64,000 bases of DNA from an uncultured Planctomycetaceae bacterium (GTDB taxonomy: Bacteria; Planctomycetota; Planctomycetia; Planctomycetales; Planctomycetaceae), in NCBI GenBank assembly GCA_963815195.1, contig CAWFGE010000012.1, positions 352,001 through 416,000 on the forward strand, written 5' to 3'. The translations under genes and the position numbers were made by a program. Positions 25,053 to 35,103 of this stretch are shown here, in pieces; position 1 is the first letter of the stretch, and the number at the start of each line of letters is the position of its first letter. The notes beneath the pieces were generated by a model. The model saw only the letters and a list, made by a program, of their open reading frames with translations. It was not told where the DNA came from and ran no database searches.

Positions 25053-25190
25053 GAGAGCCGCGCACGAAGTAAGCGGTTTCAAACGGCGAGAGCCGCGCAC
25101 GAAGTAAGCGGTTTTTGAATCCGCTTACTTCGTGCGCGGCTCTCGTTCCTTTTTTGGGTATTCAAATCCGCTTACTTCGTGCGCGGCTCT
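25053..25190. repeat. REP cluster, family 4: two direct and two inverted copies of AGAGCCGCGCACGAAGTAAGCGG
   Basis: Copies at 25053 and 25088 (forward) and 25121 and 25168 (reverse), between convergent genes. Confidence 0.85.
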
Positions 25191-25197
25191 TTTTTTG

Positions 25198-26548
25198 TCA
25201 TCCGAGCGACCAGCCCTTCCTCGGTTCGCGGCTGATGTATTGGTTGGCGTCGGGGCAGTTTTTGATGAGCATGTTCGCGGTGTCCCATTCGATTTTTTTG
25301 CCGGCCCGGAAGGCGACGTTGCCCAGGTGGTTGGCTTCGGTCAGGGGGCCGGAGTAGCGGAACGGGCTGCTCGTAGGTTTGCCGGTTTTACAGGCGATGA
25401 GCCATTCCTGATGCTGGCCCGGCGAGACGGGCAGGAACGGTTTGGGGCCTTCAAAGTCTTTGAACTGGTTCTCCGGCAAGAGGACGTGCTTGCCGTAGTC
25501 CGAGAGCAGCATGCCTTTTTCACCCACGAACAGGACGCCGCTTTTCCACGACTGCGGGATGCCTTTGTCCTGCCAGATTTGCGGTTTGTAGGTTCCCTGG
25601 TACCAGGTGAGCGTGCAGGCGGGCATGTCGCCCCGGGGGCCGTATTCGTACTTGGCTTTCATGGAAGCCGGGGCGATTTCCGGGTGGGGCTTGGGGCCGT
25701 CGGCTTCGATTGTGAGCGGGGCATCCAGCTTGAGCGCCCAGAACGGCAGGTCGATCCAATGGCTGCCCAGGTCCGACATCGTCCCGTTGCCAAAGTCCCA
25801 CCAGCGATACCACTTCGGGCCCGGAACATAAACCGAGTGAAACGGCCGATACGGAGCCGGGCCGATCCACAGGTCCCAATCCAGGTCGGCGGGCGGCGTC
25901 ATGGAATCCTTCGGGCGGTCCGCGACATAAAAATCGTGATTGGCTGCGGCTTCCTGCCGGGCTCTGAAGGCCCCAGGCCCGCGCGACCCACACGTGCACC
26001 TCGCTGACGTGGCCGATCGCTCCGGATTGAATGAGTTCCACCACCCGGCGGTAGTTGGGCATGCCGTGGATTTGCGTGCCCATCTGCGTCGGCACGCCGG
26101 CTTTCTCGGCGGCGTGGGTGATCGCCCGGGCCTCGGCCACGTCCCGCGTCAAGGGTTTTTCACAATAGACGGGCTTGCCCATCTTGAGGGCGGGCATCGT
26201 GGCATAGGCGTGGGTGTGCTCGGTGGTGCTGACGACGACCGCATCAATATCATCGGCTTTCTCATAGAGCTTGCGAAAATCCCGGTAAGTCCGCGCCTGG
26301 GGAAACCGCTCGGCGGCCTTGCCCAGGCTCGTCTGATCCACATCACAGAGGGCGACGACGTTGTCGTTGCCGGCATTGGTGATGGTATTCAGGTTCGCAA
26401 GCCCGCGCCCGCCGACGCCGATGAACGCGAGGTTCAATTTCTCATTGGGAGACTTGGCCCACAGCACGGAGGGCAAAGTCATCGCCCCCACCGCCGCCGA
26501 AGCCCCCGCCAAAAAATCCCGGCGGGTGATTGGATGTGATTGCGTCAT
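25198..26548 (-). CDS. Tat-exported Gfo/Idh/MocA-family oxidoreductase; frameshift near 25920-25960
   Basis: TRRDFL signal; [32 protein letters not shown] and DLGSHWID. Confidence 0.9.
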
Positions 26549-26836
26549 GGCGAACCTCTTTCGATGAAAAACGGTTTGTGAAGGCAACCTGGGGCCGATG
26601 CGCTATCATAAATCCGCATGGATTCCTCTTCAATCTAGGAAGGATGTAACAGTCGCGTCGTCGCGTCGGGTTTTGGGTGGACGTTTCGATTTCGCAAGAC
26701 CGCACCGCATTTCGCGAAAATCTCACAGGGAACCCGATTTAAGGGACTTGGAAGCGCATTGCGAAGGGATAGAATAATTCTTGGAGCGACAAATCGGCCG
26801 GTGGAGGAGGCGCATTCTTTTTTGGGCGGGTGAAAC

Positions 26837-27631
26837 GTGACAGAGTGGCTCGATCGACTTCCGTTGCCGGGATTTTTCGGCGCGACGATGCTGATCATCC
26901 TGGTATCGGTGGAGTGTGGGTATTTGATGGGAATCTGGCGGAGCCGACGCTCGGAAGGCCAGGGGGAAAACGTGATCGGCTCGGCGGTGGGCGCAATGCT
27001 CGGGCTATTGGCTTTTATTCTCGCGTTCACCTTTGGGACGACGGCTTCGCGATTTGACACGAGGAAGCAGTTGCTGTTGAACGAGGTGAATGCGATCGGA
27101 ACAGCCGCACTCCGAGCGGAACTTCTTCCGGAACCGCATCGCACGAAGTGCCGCGACTTGATCCGCCATTATGTGAAGCTCCGCGTTCAAGCGACCAAGA
27201 TGGATGTTGTGCCGCGTTTGATCGTGGAATCCGAAAAGACGCTGGACCAACTCTGGGTGGAGACGACCGCGCTGCCCGAAGCCGATATGGATCCCCCGCT
27301 GCGCGCACTGTTCGTGCAATCGGTCAACGAGATGATCGACCTCCACACCTCCCGCGTCACGGTCGCATTGTATAACCGGATTCCGGGGTCCGTCTGGCTC
27401 TGGCTCGTCGGAGCCGTCGCGTGCACCATGTTCGCCGTGGGCTACCAATTCGGTTTCTCGCAGCAACGAAAGATCTTGATCCACCTCCTTCTGGCGGCTC
27501 TGTTGTCCTCTGTCGTGCTGCTGATCGCCGACTTGGACCGTGGCGGCGCAGGTTCGGTGAAGGTCAACATGCAAGCGATGATCAATCTAAGCAACAAACT
27601 GAACGGCCCCGGAGATTCCGCACGCCAGTGA
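26837..27631 (+). CDS. DUF4239 / bestrophin-like membrane protein
   Basis: Four hydrophobic segments; GLLAFILAFTF, EVNAIGTAALRA and LIADLDR. Confidence 0.75.
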   Translation: MTEWLDRLPLPGFFGATMLIILVSVECGYLMGIWRSRRSEGQGENVIGSAVGAMLGLLAFILAFTFGTTASRFDTRKQLLLNEVNAIGTAALRAELLPEPHRTKCRDLIRHYVKLRVQATKMDVVPRLIVESEKTLDQLWVETTALPEADMDPPLRALFVQSVNEMIDLHTSRVTVALYNRIPGSVWLWLVGAVACTMFAVGYQFGFSQQRKILIHLLLAALLSSVVLLIADLDRGGAGSVKVNMQAMINLSNKLNGPGDSARQ

Positions 27632-27670
27632 AACTCGCGATCCGGCTTCTGGCGACGCACGACGGCCAAA

Positions 27671-29092
27671 TCACTTCTTCTCCGCTTCGGGTTTCTCCGC
27701 GGCGGCGGGGGGTTTTTGCTCTCTGGCGCCCGCGGCGGGTTTTTGGTCTTCCACGCGGAGTTCCTGCACGCCGGTTTTGATGAACAGGTACAAGTTCGGC
27801 TCGCCGGGCTGGGGGACGCTCGAAAACGTCATGCCGCCGACGAGCATCGGCTCGCCCACGGGCACGCGGAGCGTCGTGGAAAACCGCTGCACCTGCAGGC
27901 GTTCGCGGTCGATCACTTCCACAATCTCCGCGGGGCCGGCTTCCGGGCGGACTGCTTGGAGAGCGGGTTGGGGCTTGGCGGGTTTTTCTTCTTCCGGCAG
28001 CGAGACCCGGCTGTGGATGTCCAACAGGACCGTCTCGCCGGTGACGCCCGCGATCGGCGTGACCTGGAGCGCGGCCCCTTCCTGGATCAGGTTGACCTCG
28101 GGCCGGTACGCGACCCGGCCTTGGGGTTTGTCGTCGTCGCCTCGCGAAATTACGGGGCGAACCTGCACGACCGCCAGCCGCTGGGTGCCGGAGAGCGTGT
28201 GCACCGTCTGGCCGTTGTAGCAGGTGATCTTGGCCCGCCAGCCCGCGCGGTTTTTGCTCTCGGGCTTCTGGCGGTCTTCGAGGATTTTCTTCCAGGCGTC
28301 GGGCTTGATGAGGCCGAACGTCTTGAGGCCGCCGCCTTCGGCAGGTTGGGCGGGAGCGTCCGCCATCGCCGGGGCGAGTTCGGCGTCGGTCATCCACAGC
28401 CAATACGCTTCCAGCGACACCGTCCGCACCGTGCCCCAGCGCTTGCGGAACAGGTTCAGCATCGCATCGATCTGATCGTGGGTGTCGGCGTCGGCGGAGA
28501 TAATCAGCGCGTTCCCGAGCTTCGCAATCGAGCCGCCGTTCTCTTCGGTCCAAAGCTCGGGCGAGATGATGGTTTTGATGACGTTGACCAGATCGTCCAT
28601 CGAGGATTGCCCGGCGGAACTGCCTTCGCCCAACTGATGCAGCACCTGGCGCGGCTTGGAAGGCGTGTTCAGCGTTTGCGGCCGGCTAGGGACCGAGAAA
28701 AATCCGCCGCCGCCGAATCCACCGCCGCCTCCGAACCCGGCCTGGGTCGTGGCTTGAGCCTGACCGACCATGTTCGGAAACATGGGCATGGCGAAGCCTT
28801 GGCTCACCAGGTCGCTGCGCTCGACGGCGGGATAAGGCGGGGCGATCGCGAACAGGTCGCCCAGGTCGTAAATGCGGATCTCGGTTCCGCGGCCACGGGT
28901 GCTGGTCCGCCCGCCGCCGATCGTGGTGACCCGCCGGGTTCCGAGGTTGGCTTTTTCGAGCGCCTGCAGTTGGCTTTCGAGCGATTCGATCTGATCACGA
29001 ATCCTAGCCGTCTGCAAGTCGTCCTTGCCGCCCTGCCCAAAGACCGGTGCGGCGGAGAGAGCGAAAATCAGCGTGATAAAAATCGGTCGCAT
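27671..29092 (-). CDS. Secretin-like exported protein
   Basis: Signal peptide; RIYDLGDL; LVNVIKTIISPELW...GGSI...ALII...HDQIDAML (N-domain-like); C-terminal LQVTP...LLDI...TTLRVPVGEPMLVGG...LYLFI. Confidence 0.6.
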   Translation of the reverse strand: MRPIFITLIFALSAAPVFGQGGKDDLQTARIRDQIESLESQLQALEKANLGTRRVTTIGGGRTSTRGRGTEIRIYDLGDLFAIAPPYPAVERSDLVSQGFAMPMFPNMVGQAQATTQAGFGGGGGFGGGGFFSVPSRPQTLNTPSKPRQVLHQLGEGSSAGQSSMDDLVNVIKTIISPELWTEENGGSIAKLGNALIISADADTHDQIDAMLNLFRKRWGTVRTVSLEAYWLWMTDAELAPAMADAPAQPAEGGGLKTFGLIKPDAWKKILEDRQKPESKNRAGWRAKITCYNGQTVHTLSGTQRLAVVQVRPVISRGDDDKPQGRVAYRPEVNLIQEGAALQVTPIAGVTGETVLLDIHSRVSLPEEEKPAKPQPALQAVRPEAGPAEIVEVIDRERLQVQRFSTTLRVPVGEPMLVGGMTFSSVPQPGEPNLYLFIKTGVQELRVEDQKPAAGAREQKPPAAAEKPEAEKK

Positions 29093-29116
29093 GCGGTGTT
29101 CTCCCGTTCGAGGGTT

Positions 29117-29713
29117 TTATTTGGGGTCTTCGTTGATGCGCTTGAGGTACTGGTTGGCGATCTGGATTTTGCGTTCGACGACCGCCAACTCGCTTTCGAG
29201 CGCGGCTATCCGCTCCTTGAGTAATTCGGCGTCGGTTGCCTTCTTATTTATCCCGGTTTCGGCATCCACAAGGGCGATTTCGAGGGAACCGATGTCCTCC
29301 AAGAGATCCTTCCGTTGACCTTGCAGTCTTCGCTTCTCCATCGTCAAAGGCGTCGTAAAGGCTTGCATTTCGATGGTCCAGCGGGCCAGCGACTTGCGGA
29401 TCGCGAGTTCCGCTTCCGGCGGACCGATCACGCATAACGCGTTGGTTTCCGGATCCGGATAGGCCCCGATGATTTCCGGATTCCCTTTGACCTGGTAGCG
29501 TTCCGTGAACGCGATCGCCTCCTCGGGCGTGACCGTGACATGGTCGATTCGGAACTTAAACAGCCGGACTTCGTCGTTAAAGATCGACATGGGTTTGACA
29601 TCTTCAGCCGACGGCTTGGCCGCAATGGCGGTTTGCGGTTCGTCCTTCACCTGCCCGAAGGAAAAAGCCGTCGCGAAAACCAGCAGAGTCAACGTCGCAA
29701 TAAACAATCGCAT
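29117..29713 (-). CDS. Exported protein with a secretin N-domain-like segment and coiled coil
   Basis: Signal peptide; AYPDPETNALCVIGPPEAELAI; heptad-rich C-terminus. Confidence 0.5.
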   Translation of the reverse strand: MRLFIATLTLLVFATAFSFGQVKDEPQTAIAAKPSAEDVKPMSIFNDEVRLFKFRIDHVTVTPEEAIAFTERYQVKGNPEIIGAYPDPETNALCVIGPPEAELAIRKSLARWTIEMQAFTTPLTMEKRRLQGQRKDLLEDIGSLEIALVDAETGINKKATDAELLKERIAALESELAVVERKIQIANQYLKRINEDPK

Positions 29714-29934
29714 GAAATCCTCGCCCCTTCCCGGTGCGTATTTCCAGCGCATGTCGAATCTCCTTTCGTTGGATCTCGAGCCTTGTCCCTCTTTGATATA
29801 TGCCGCGGCGCGGACCGATTGCGCGGGGTTTTTCGGATCGGTTCGAAAGTTCTTTTCGATGGGAGATTTGGTGGAAATGCGTTTTCAACTCAAATCAAGG
29901 CCGGCGGCTAGCCATCCAGGGGGTGCCCGGCCGC

Positions 29935-30897
29935 TCAGTTTTGGCGTTTCCAGCCTTGTTCGACGAACAGCGGGACGTATTCCTCCCCGATGAACAGGCG
30001 GTGTTCCGGCAGGGCGATCTGGTAATAGTTTTCCGGGCGGATGAGAAGGTTGTTATTCTCGCCGAGGTCGATCACCCACCGCCGGGGCAACTCCCGGCGG
30101 GCGAGCAGGCGGAGTTCGAAGGGCTCCAAAAGCATCGGCTGCATCGCATCGAAGAGACCGAGATGCTTCTCGCGGGCGTTCGCCAAAAACTCCGCGGTGC
30201 GGCTGAGCGTGATGTCGGCCTCGGCCTGGGTCCGCTGCGTGCCGGGCTTGGGGACGGCTTCGATGATGGAGTCGGCCTTGCGGAAGGGGTTGATATTCGG
30301 CCAGATGAAATACGGAAAGGCCCGGCCCGCTTTGAGCAGGCGTTCGTTGTAAGTCAACGGGCGCGGCGCCGGCTGGTTGGGATTGGGCTGCTCGCGGTTG
30401 AGGTAACCCAACAGCCGGCCGTAGCCGTCCATCACCTCGAACGCGAACGCCATGAAGAAGCGGAACGACTCGGTGTCTTGTCCCAAGATGTTCATGTCCT
30501 TTGCGATTTCCTCTTCGAGAAAATCCTCGGCCGCGCGGGCATGGCGGAGATGATTGGCCGCGACCCCCGCCCCGACGTGCGTGTGGAGATACTGTTTCAA
30601 ACCGGCGGGCAGCGGGCGGTTGAAGGCTCCCCATTCCTCGGCGAAGGGGTCGGACAAAAACCGCTCCCAGCGCGGATCGTTCAGCGAGAAGAATTTCTCC
30701 GTGCCGGGAAATTGAAAACTGACTTCGGGCGTATCGATTCCCAAAAACCGCACGCCCAGATTGCCGGCGGGCCGGACGTTGATCGTATCGCCGTCGTGGA
30801 CCATTTGCTTCACACTTCCCGGTTTGTCGCCCTGCCGGCCGAGTGTGAGGATGCCGATGGTCAGGTTGCGGTCGTCCAAAGTGCGAATCGCGGCCAT
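29935..30897 (-). CDS. Thermonuclease (SNase-like) family protein
   Basis: VHDGDTINV, VRFLGIDTPE, DGYGRLLGYL, NERLLKAGRA and AREKHLGLF. Confidence 0.8.
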   Translation of the reverse strand: MAAIRTLDDRNLTIGILTLGRQGDKPGSVKQMVHDGDTINVRPAGNLGVRFLGIDTPEVSFQFPGTEKFFSLNDPRWERFLSDPFAEEWGAFNRPLPAGLKQYLHTHVGAGVAANHLRHARAAEDFLEEEIAKDMNILGQDTESFRFFMAFAFEVMDGYGRLLGYLNREQPNPNQPAPRPLTYNERLLKAGRAFPYFIWPNINPFRKADSIIEAVPKPGTQRTQAEADITLSRTAEFLANAREKHLGLFDAMQPMLLEPFELRLLARRELPRRWVIDLGENNNLLIRPENYYQIALPEHRLFIGEEYVPLFVEQGWKRQN

Positions 30898-30996
30898 TTC
30901 GTTGTACCCCTGAAAAGAGACAAATCCGAATCTCGAAAACCGAAACAAATCGACCTCGGCGGCTGGAAGCCGAGGTTGCGGGCGAACTTCTCGCAT

Positions 30997-32428
30997 TCAC
31001 AGCACCGGCGAAAACAGGCGAAACGTGTTTTCGCGGATGATCCGCCATTTGGGGCGGCGGAGCCATTCTTCGAGTTCCAGTTTCTTCGCGTATTGAATGT
31101 CGTCCTCGAAATCTTCCTGCAGATGGTGGGCGGTTTTGGTGTCGTACATCACCACGCCGACTTCAAAATTCAACAACAAACTCCGGCAGTCGAAGTTGGG
31201 CGATCCCACGAGGGACCAGCAGCCGTCCACCGTCAGGGTTTTGGAGTGGAGCAGTCCCCGCTCGTATTCGTTGATTTCCACGCCCGCCCGCAGGAGGTCC
31301 TCATAAAAAGATTGGGCCGCCCAGACCGTGGGCATGTGAGCCGAGCGCTTGGAGAGGAGCAATCGCACTTTCACCCCGCGATACGCGGCCGATTCGAGCG
31401 CGGCCGCGAGGGCTTCCGTGGGCACGAAATACGACGTGGCCAGCGAGATGTTGCGGTCGGCGTTGTTGATGGCCGCGAACATCAATTGATGAAACACCGC
31501 CACCTCGCCCGCGGGCTCCCCGGCCAACGCCTGGGCCGTCACCGAGCCGGCTTCCTGGGGCGAGGGATAAAACCTGGGATCGGTGAGTTCCTCCTGCGTT
31601 GCGTAATACCAGTCCTCGGCGAAAACCTGCTGAAGTTGGAGAACCACCGGCCCGACCATTCGCAGATGCGTGTCCCGCCAGTAGCCCAGGTGCGGATTTT
31701 TGCCCAGGTACTCGTCCCCGATGTTCATGCCGCCGGTGAATCCCGCTTGCCCGTCGACGATGACGATTTTGCGATGGCTTCGCAGGTTGATCGCCCACCG
31801 AAAGCAGCTTGACGCCCGGGAGGAAGCTGGCCACTTGAATCCCGGCGTCGCGCATCGGTTGGAGAAACTTCCGCCGGAGCCGCATGGAGCCGATGTTGTC
31901 GTATAAAAACCGGACATTGACGCCTTCGCGGGCTTTTTGAATGAGCAGGTCCCGAAGCCGTGTGCCGGTTTCGTCGGGCTCCCAGATGTAATACTCCAAA
32001 TGCACATGGTCCCGGGCGTTTGCGACGGCCTCTTCGATCATGGCGAATGTTTGATTGGTGTCCGAGAGGATTTCGACGCGGTTGCCGGTCGTGGGAACGG
32101 TCTCGGCCACGCGGTTGGCGAGCCGCATCAGTTCCAACTGCTGGATCGACAGAGAGGCATCGGGGATGTATTGGTATTGCGACAGCTCCGGCAGGCTGCG
32201 GCCGATCGCGCGGGCGGCGTGGGCCTTGCGGCGGCCCTTTCGCTCGACCTTGTTGATCCCGAAGATCAAAAACAAAACGCCCCCCAAAATCGGCAGCGTG
32301 ACGATCGTAATCAGCCATGCGACCATCGACGAGGGATGCTTTCGGCGGTTGAGCATCAGCGATGGGACGAGCGCCAACTGCACCAGGTATCCCACCACCG
32401 TGAACGTGCCGGCCCAAAACGAATCCAT
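30997..32428 (-). CDS. cls: Cardiolipin synthase; frameshift near 31800
   Basis: N-terminal TM pair; two HKD motifs (RSHRKIVIVDG and LHSKTLTVDG); GGMNIGDEY and WRDTH. Confidence 0.93.
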
Positions 32429-32663
32429 CGTGAAACGCCCCGCCTCAAAAAACACCGGGCGAACGGCCGCATCGAACCGTCCCCCCGGGGAAACTCATTC
32501 GCATCGTCGCATTATGCATTAGCCGCAGTGCGCTAGCCCCGTGATTCATTCGCCGCAGTGCGCTCGCCCCGTGATTTATTAGCCGCCGGGCGCTAGCCCC
32601 GGTTCCCTGAAAAATTCGGCCACCAGCGCCTTCAGCCCGATAACGCCACTCACTTGGCGGCAG

Positions 32664-32803
32664 GGGTGGCTGGGGCGCAAAAGAAAGTCCCGAGGACAAA
32701 CAGGGTTTTGAAGGCTGGGGCCGTGTGACGATTTCTAGCTCGTCCATTGCCCCAGGATTTGCAATTTAAGCCTGTCCAAAGGGGAATTTGCGCCCAGCCA
32801 CCC
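32664..32803. mobile_element. 140-bp MITE-like element, copy 1
   Basis: Terminal inverted repeats GGGTGGCTGGGGCGCAAA / TTTGCGCCCAGCCACCC; core identical to copy 2. Confidence 0.65.
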
Positions 32804-32847
32804 GCTCGGAAAACTCATGTTGCGTTATTCATCAAACTGTAAATGGA

Positions 32848-32987
32848 AGGTGCAGGGGGCGCAAAAGAAAGTCCCGAGGACAAACAGGGTTTTGAAGGCT
32901 GGGGCCGTGTGACGATTTCTAGCTCGTCCATTGCCCCAGGATTTGCAATTTAAGCCTGTCCAAAGGGGAATTTGCGCCCAGGCACCC
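32848..32987. mobile_element. 140-bp MITE-like element, copy 2
   Basis: Termini AGGTGCAGGGGGCGCAAA / TTTGCGCCCAGGCACCC; core identical to copy 1. Confidence 0.65.
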
Positions 32988-33120
32988 GACGCCCGGGGAA
33001 ATTCATGCCGCATCATTCATTAGCCGCCGGGCGCTAGCCCCGTGATTTATTAGCCGCCGGGCGCTAGCCCCGGTTCCCTGAAAGATTCGGCCACCAGCGC
33101 CTTCAGCCCGATAACGCCAC

Positions 33121-34056
33121 TCACTTGGCGAAGCCGACGTACTGCCGATACACCTTGGCCACGTTCGCGGCCTGGGTGTCGCCGGCGTGGATGTAGAGGC
33201 CGTACCGCAGCCGCAGCGTTTCGCCCGGTTTGACGGTGACAGACTTTTCTCGCTCTTTGCCGTTCGTGTAGGCTTTTTCTCCGAAGGGGCTGATGGAAAA
33301 CAGGCCGTAGTTACGGACGTGATACCGCGACGGCCGGAAGTTCTCGGGATTGTCAAACAGCGCGACGCCCAGGGTCTTGCCGTCGATCGTGCCGTAGTAA
33401 TCGACCCAGTCGGCGGTTTGGCCCCAGGCTTGTTTCGTGCCCATCTGGCCTTTGGAATTGACGACGTGCCCGGTCTCGCTTTCCCGCATGGAATCCACCA
33501 TGCGAAAACCGAACAGGCCTTCTTTGGTGTCGCCGAAGGACACGGGCTTGTTCAAGGCTTGGAAATGGATGTCGTACGCCATCAGGCCGTCGGCGAAAAT
33601 GCTGATCGTGGTGTCTTCTTCCAAAATCGGCTTGCCGTCTTCGCCCAGCCAATGGTTGACGAGTTCCAACTGGGCCGGGTTGCCTTTGGGCTTCAAGACC
33701 TTGGCGGAGACGTTTTCGATCTTGCCCTTCTCGGCCCAGAACTTGATCTCGTTGACCTCGTCCACCGCCACCCAAATTCCCTTGTGATGGGGATGGTCGG
33801 CTTTCGTGCCCGGCTTGGCGATGGGGCGGGTCATCACGGTGCCGTTCGGACCATAGACCGGCGAAGCGAACGGCTTGGGCCATTCCTTGCCGAGGTTGTA
33901 CACGGTCAGTTCCTGATCGCCGATAAACACGTTGACCAGGTCGTTCTTGGCGTCTTTTTCGATCCGCACCTGCTGGGACTCATCGGCCGCCATCGCCGGG
34001 CCGGCCAGCGCCAGCAGAACAGCGGCCAGGGCGACAAATTGCAATTCTCGTCTCAC
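33121..34056 (-). CDS. DUF6807 ('PmoA family') exported protein
   Basis: Signal peptide; KPFASPVYGP, DHPHHKGIW, FGDTKEG, WGQTADWVDYYG and HVRNYGLF. Confidence 0.8.
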   Translation of the reverse strand: MRRELQFVALAAVLLALAGPAMAADESQQVRIEKDAKNDLVNVFIGDQELTVYNLGKEWPKPFASPVYGPNGTVMTRPIAKPGTKADHPHHKGIWVAVDEVNEIKFWAEKGKIENVSAKVLKPKGNPAQLELVNHWLGEDGKPILEEDTTISIFADGLMAYDIHFQALNKPVSFGDTKEGLFGFRMVDSMRESETGHVVNSKGQMGTKQAWGQTADWVDYYGTIDGKTLGVALFDNPENFRPSRYHVRNYGLFSISPFGEKAYTNGKEREKSVTVKPGETLRLRYGLYIHAGDTQAANVAKVYRQYVGFAK

Positions 34057-34253
34057 GGTGGTTTCCTCTCGCTTGAACAACACGGGATGGAACGAAACAG
34101 TTGTTGTCAGAAATGGGAACACATCGGGCGGGGTCGTTCTTTCATCGTACCCGACCGAAACTTGCAGTCGAGGCCAAACCCCGCTAAAAGCGATGCTCTC
34201 GGATCCAGTTTACCTTGAAGAACCAGTTTACCGAAGCGACTCCGCCAAGTCCC

Positions 34254-34856
34254 ATGTCCGACGCCCCCAAACGCCAGCTGCCCGCGCCCGCTCCCCTTTA
34301 TGTCCCGCCCGCCCATCGCGAGACGGGGCTTTGGGAGATTTCCATCTGCGGCGACTTGACCGACAAACAGCCCGACCAAATCAGCCGGCTCACCGAGTTC
34401 CCCCGCAACAGCCGGGGGATCATCTATTTCGACTCCGGCGGCGGCAGCGTGTATGCGGGGCTGGCGTTGGCGACGGTCATTCGGCTGCGGGGGCTCCAAG
34501 CCATCGGCGTAGTGGCGGGGGAATGCTCGTCGGCGGCGATTCTGCCGTTCGCCGCGTGCGTCGAACGCTATGTCACGCCGCATTCGACGCTGCTGTTCCA
34601 TCCGATGCGCTGGCAAAGCGAAGAGGACGTCCGCTTTGAGGAAGCCGTGGAATGGGCCAGGCATTTTAAGGTGATGGAGCAAGACGTCGACCGCCTGCTC
34701 GCGCGGATGTTGGAGATTGACGAGGACAAGCTCGTCGAGTGGACCCGCCCGGGGCGGTATTTAATCGGCTCGGAACTCGTCGAAGCGGGCGTGGCCAAAA
34801 TGCTCGATCTCTTCGCCGGCAGCCTCTGGAGCCAAATCGCCTCGCCTCCCAAATAA
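34254..34856 (+). CDS. ClpP-like protease subunit (divergent)
   Basis: YFDSGGGSVYAG, ECSSAA (Ser), RYVTPHSTLLFHP (His). Confidence 0.8.
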   Translation: MSDAPKRQLPAPAPLYVPPAHRETGLWEISICGDLTDKQPDQISRLTEFPRNSRGIIYFDSGGGSVYAGLALATVIRLRGLQAIGVVAGECSSAAILPFAACVERYVTPHSTLLFHPMRWQSEEDVRFEEAVEWARHFKVMEQDVDRLLARMLEIDEDKLVEWTRPGRYLIGSELVEAGVAKMLDLFAGSLWSQIASPPK

Positions 34857-34867
34857 GCCGAGGCGGG

Positions 34868-35067
34868 ACCACGAAAGACACGAAAAAAAGGCAAAAAACG
34901 GGGGCTAAACAAATATTCGCCGCCTCCGGCACCTCTCGAGAAATTGCCGGGAACTTCCCGCCCTGCGAAATCGTCTCTGTTTTGGCAGCGTGTCATGGCC
35001 AAAACCGTAAACTTTCTGAACACGCGATGACAATTGGTTTTTTCGTGTCATTCGTGTGTTTCTTGGT
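34868..35067. repeat. Inverted nonamer-type repeat pair, family 6
   Basis: ACCACGAAAGACACGAAA at about 34868 and TTTCGTGTCATTCGTGTGTTTCTTGGT at about 35041. Confidence 0.55.
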
Positions 35068-35103
35068 TCTCTTCCCCTGAACTCACACAATTTGGAGAGG
35101 TGC

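Larger units (their letters stand above)
32485..33130. repeat. Mosaic repeat cluster: family-1 REP tandems, a 94-bp direct repeat and two MITE-like copies
   Basis: 30-bp-period REP units at 32518-32610 and 33018-33080; 32566-32659 matches 33037-33130 with one mismatch. Confidence 0.85.

Noticed and set aside
25053..25190. Mini-CRISPR
   Set aside because: Copies occur in both orientations with short, irregular spacers, which is REP-like
32518..33080. CRISPR array
   Set aside because: The 30-bp units abut with no unique spacers, the same motif is dispersed singly elsewhere in the window, and there are no cas genes
33121..34056. Particulate methane monooxygenase
   Set aside because: A soluble exported DUF6807-type protein whose 'PmoA' family label is misleading; it has no multi-TM topology and there is no pmoCB
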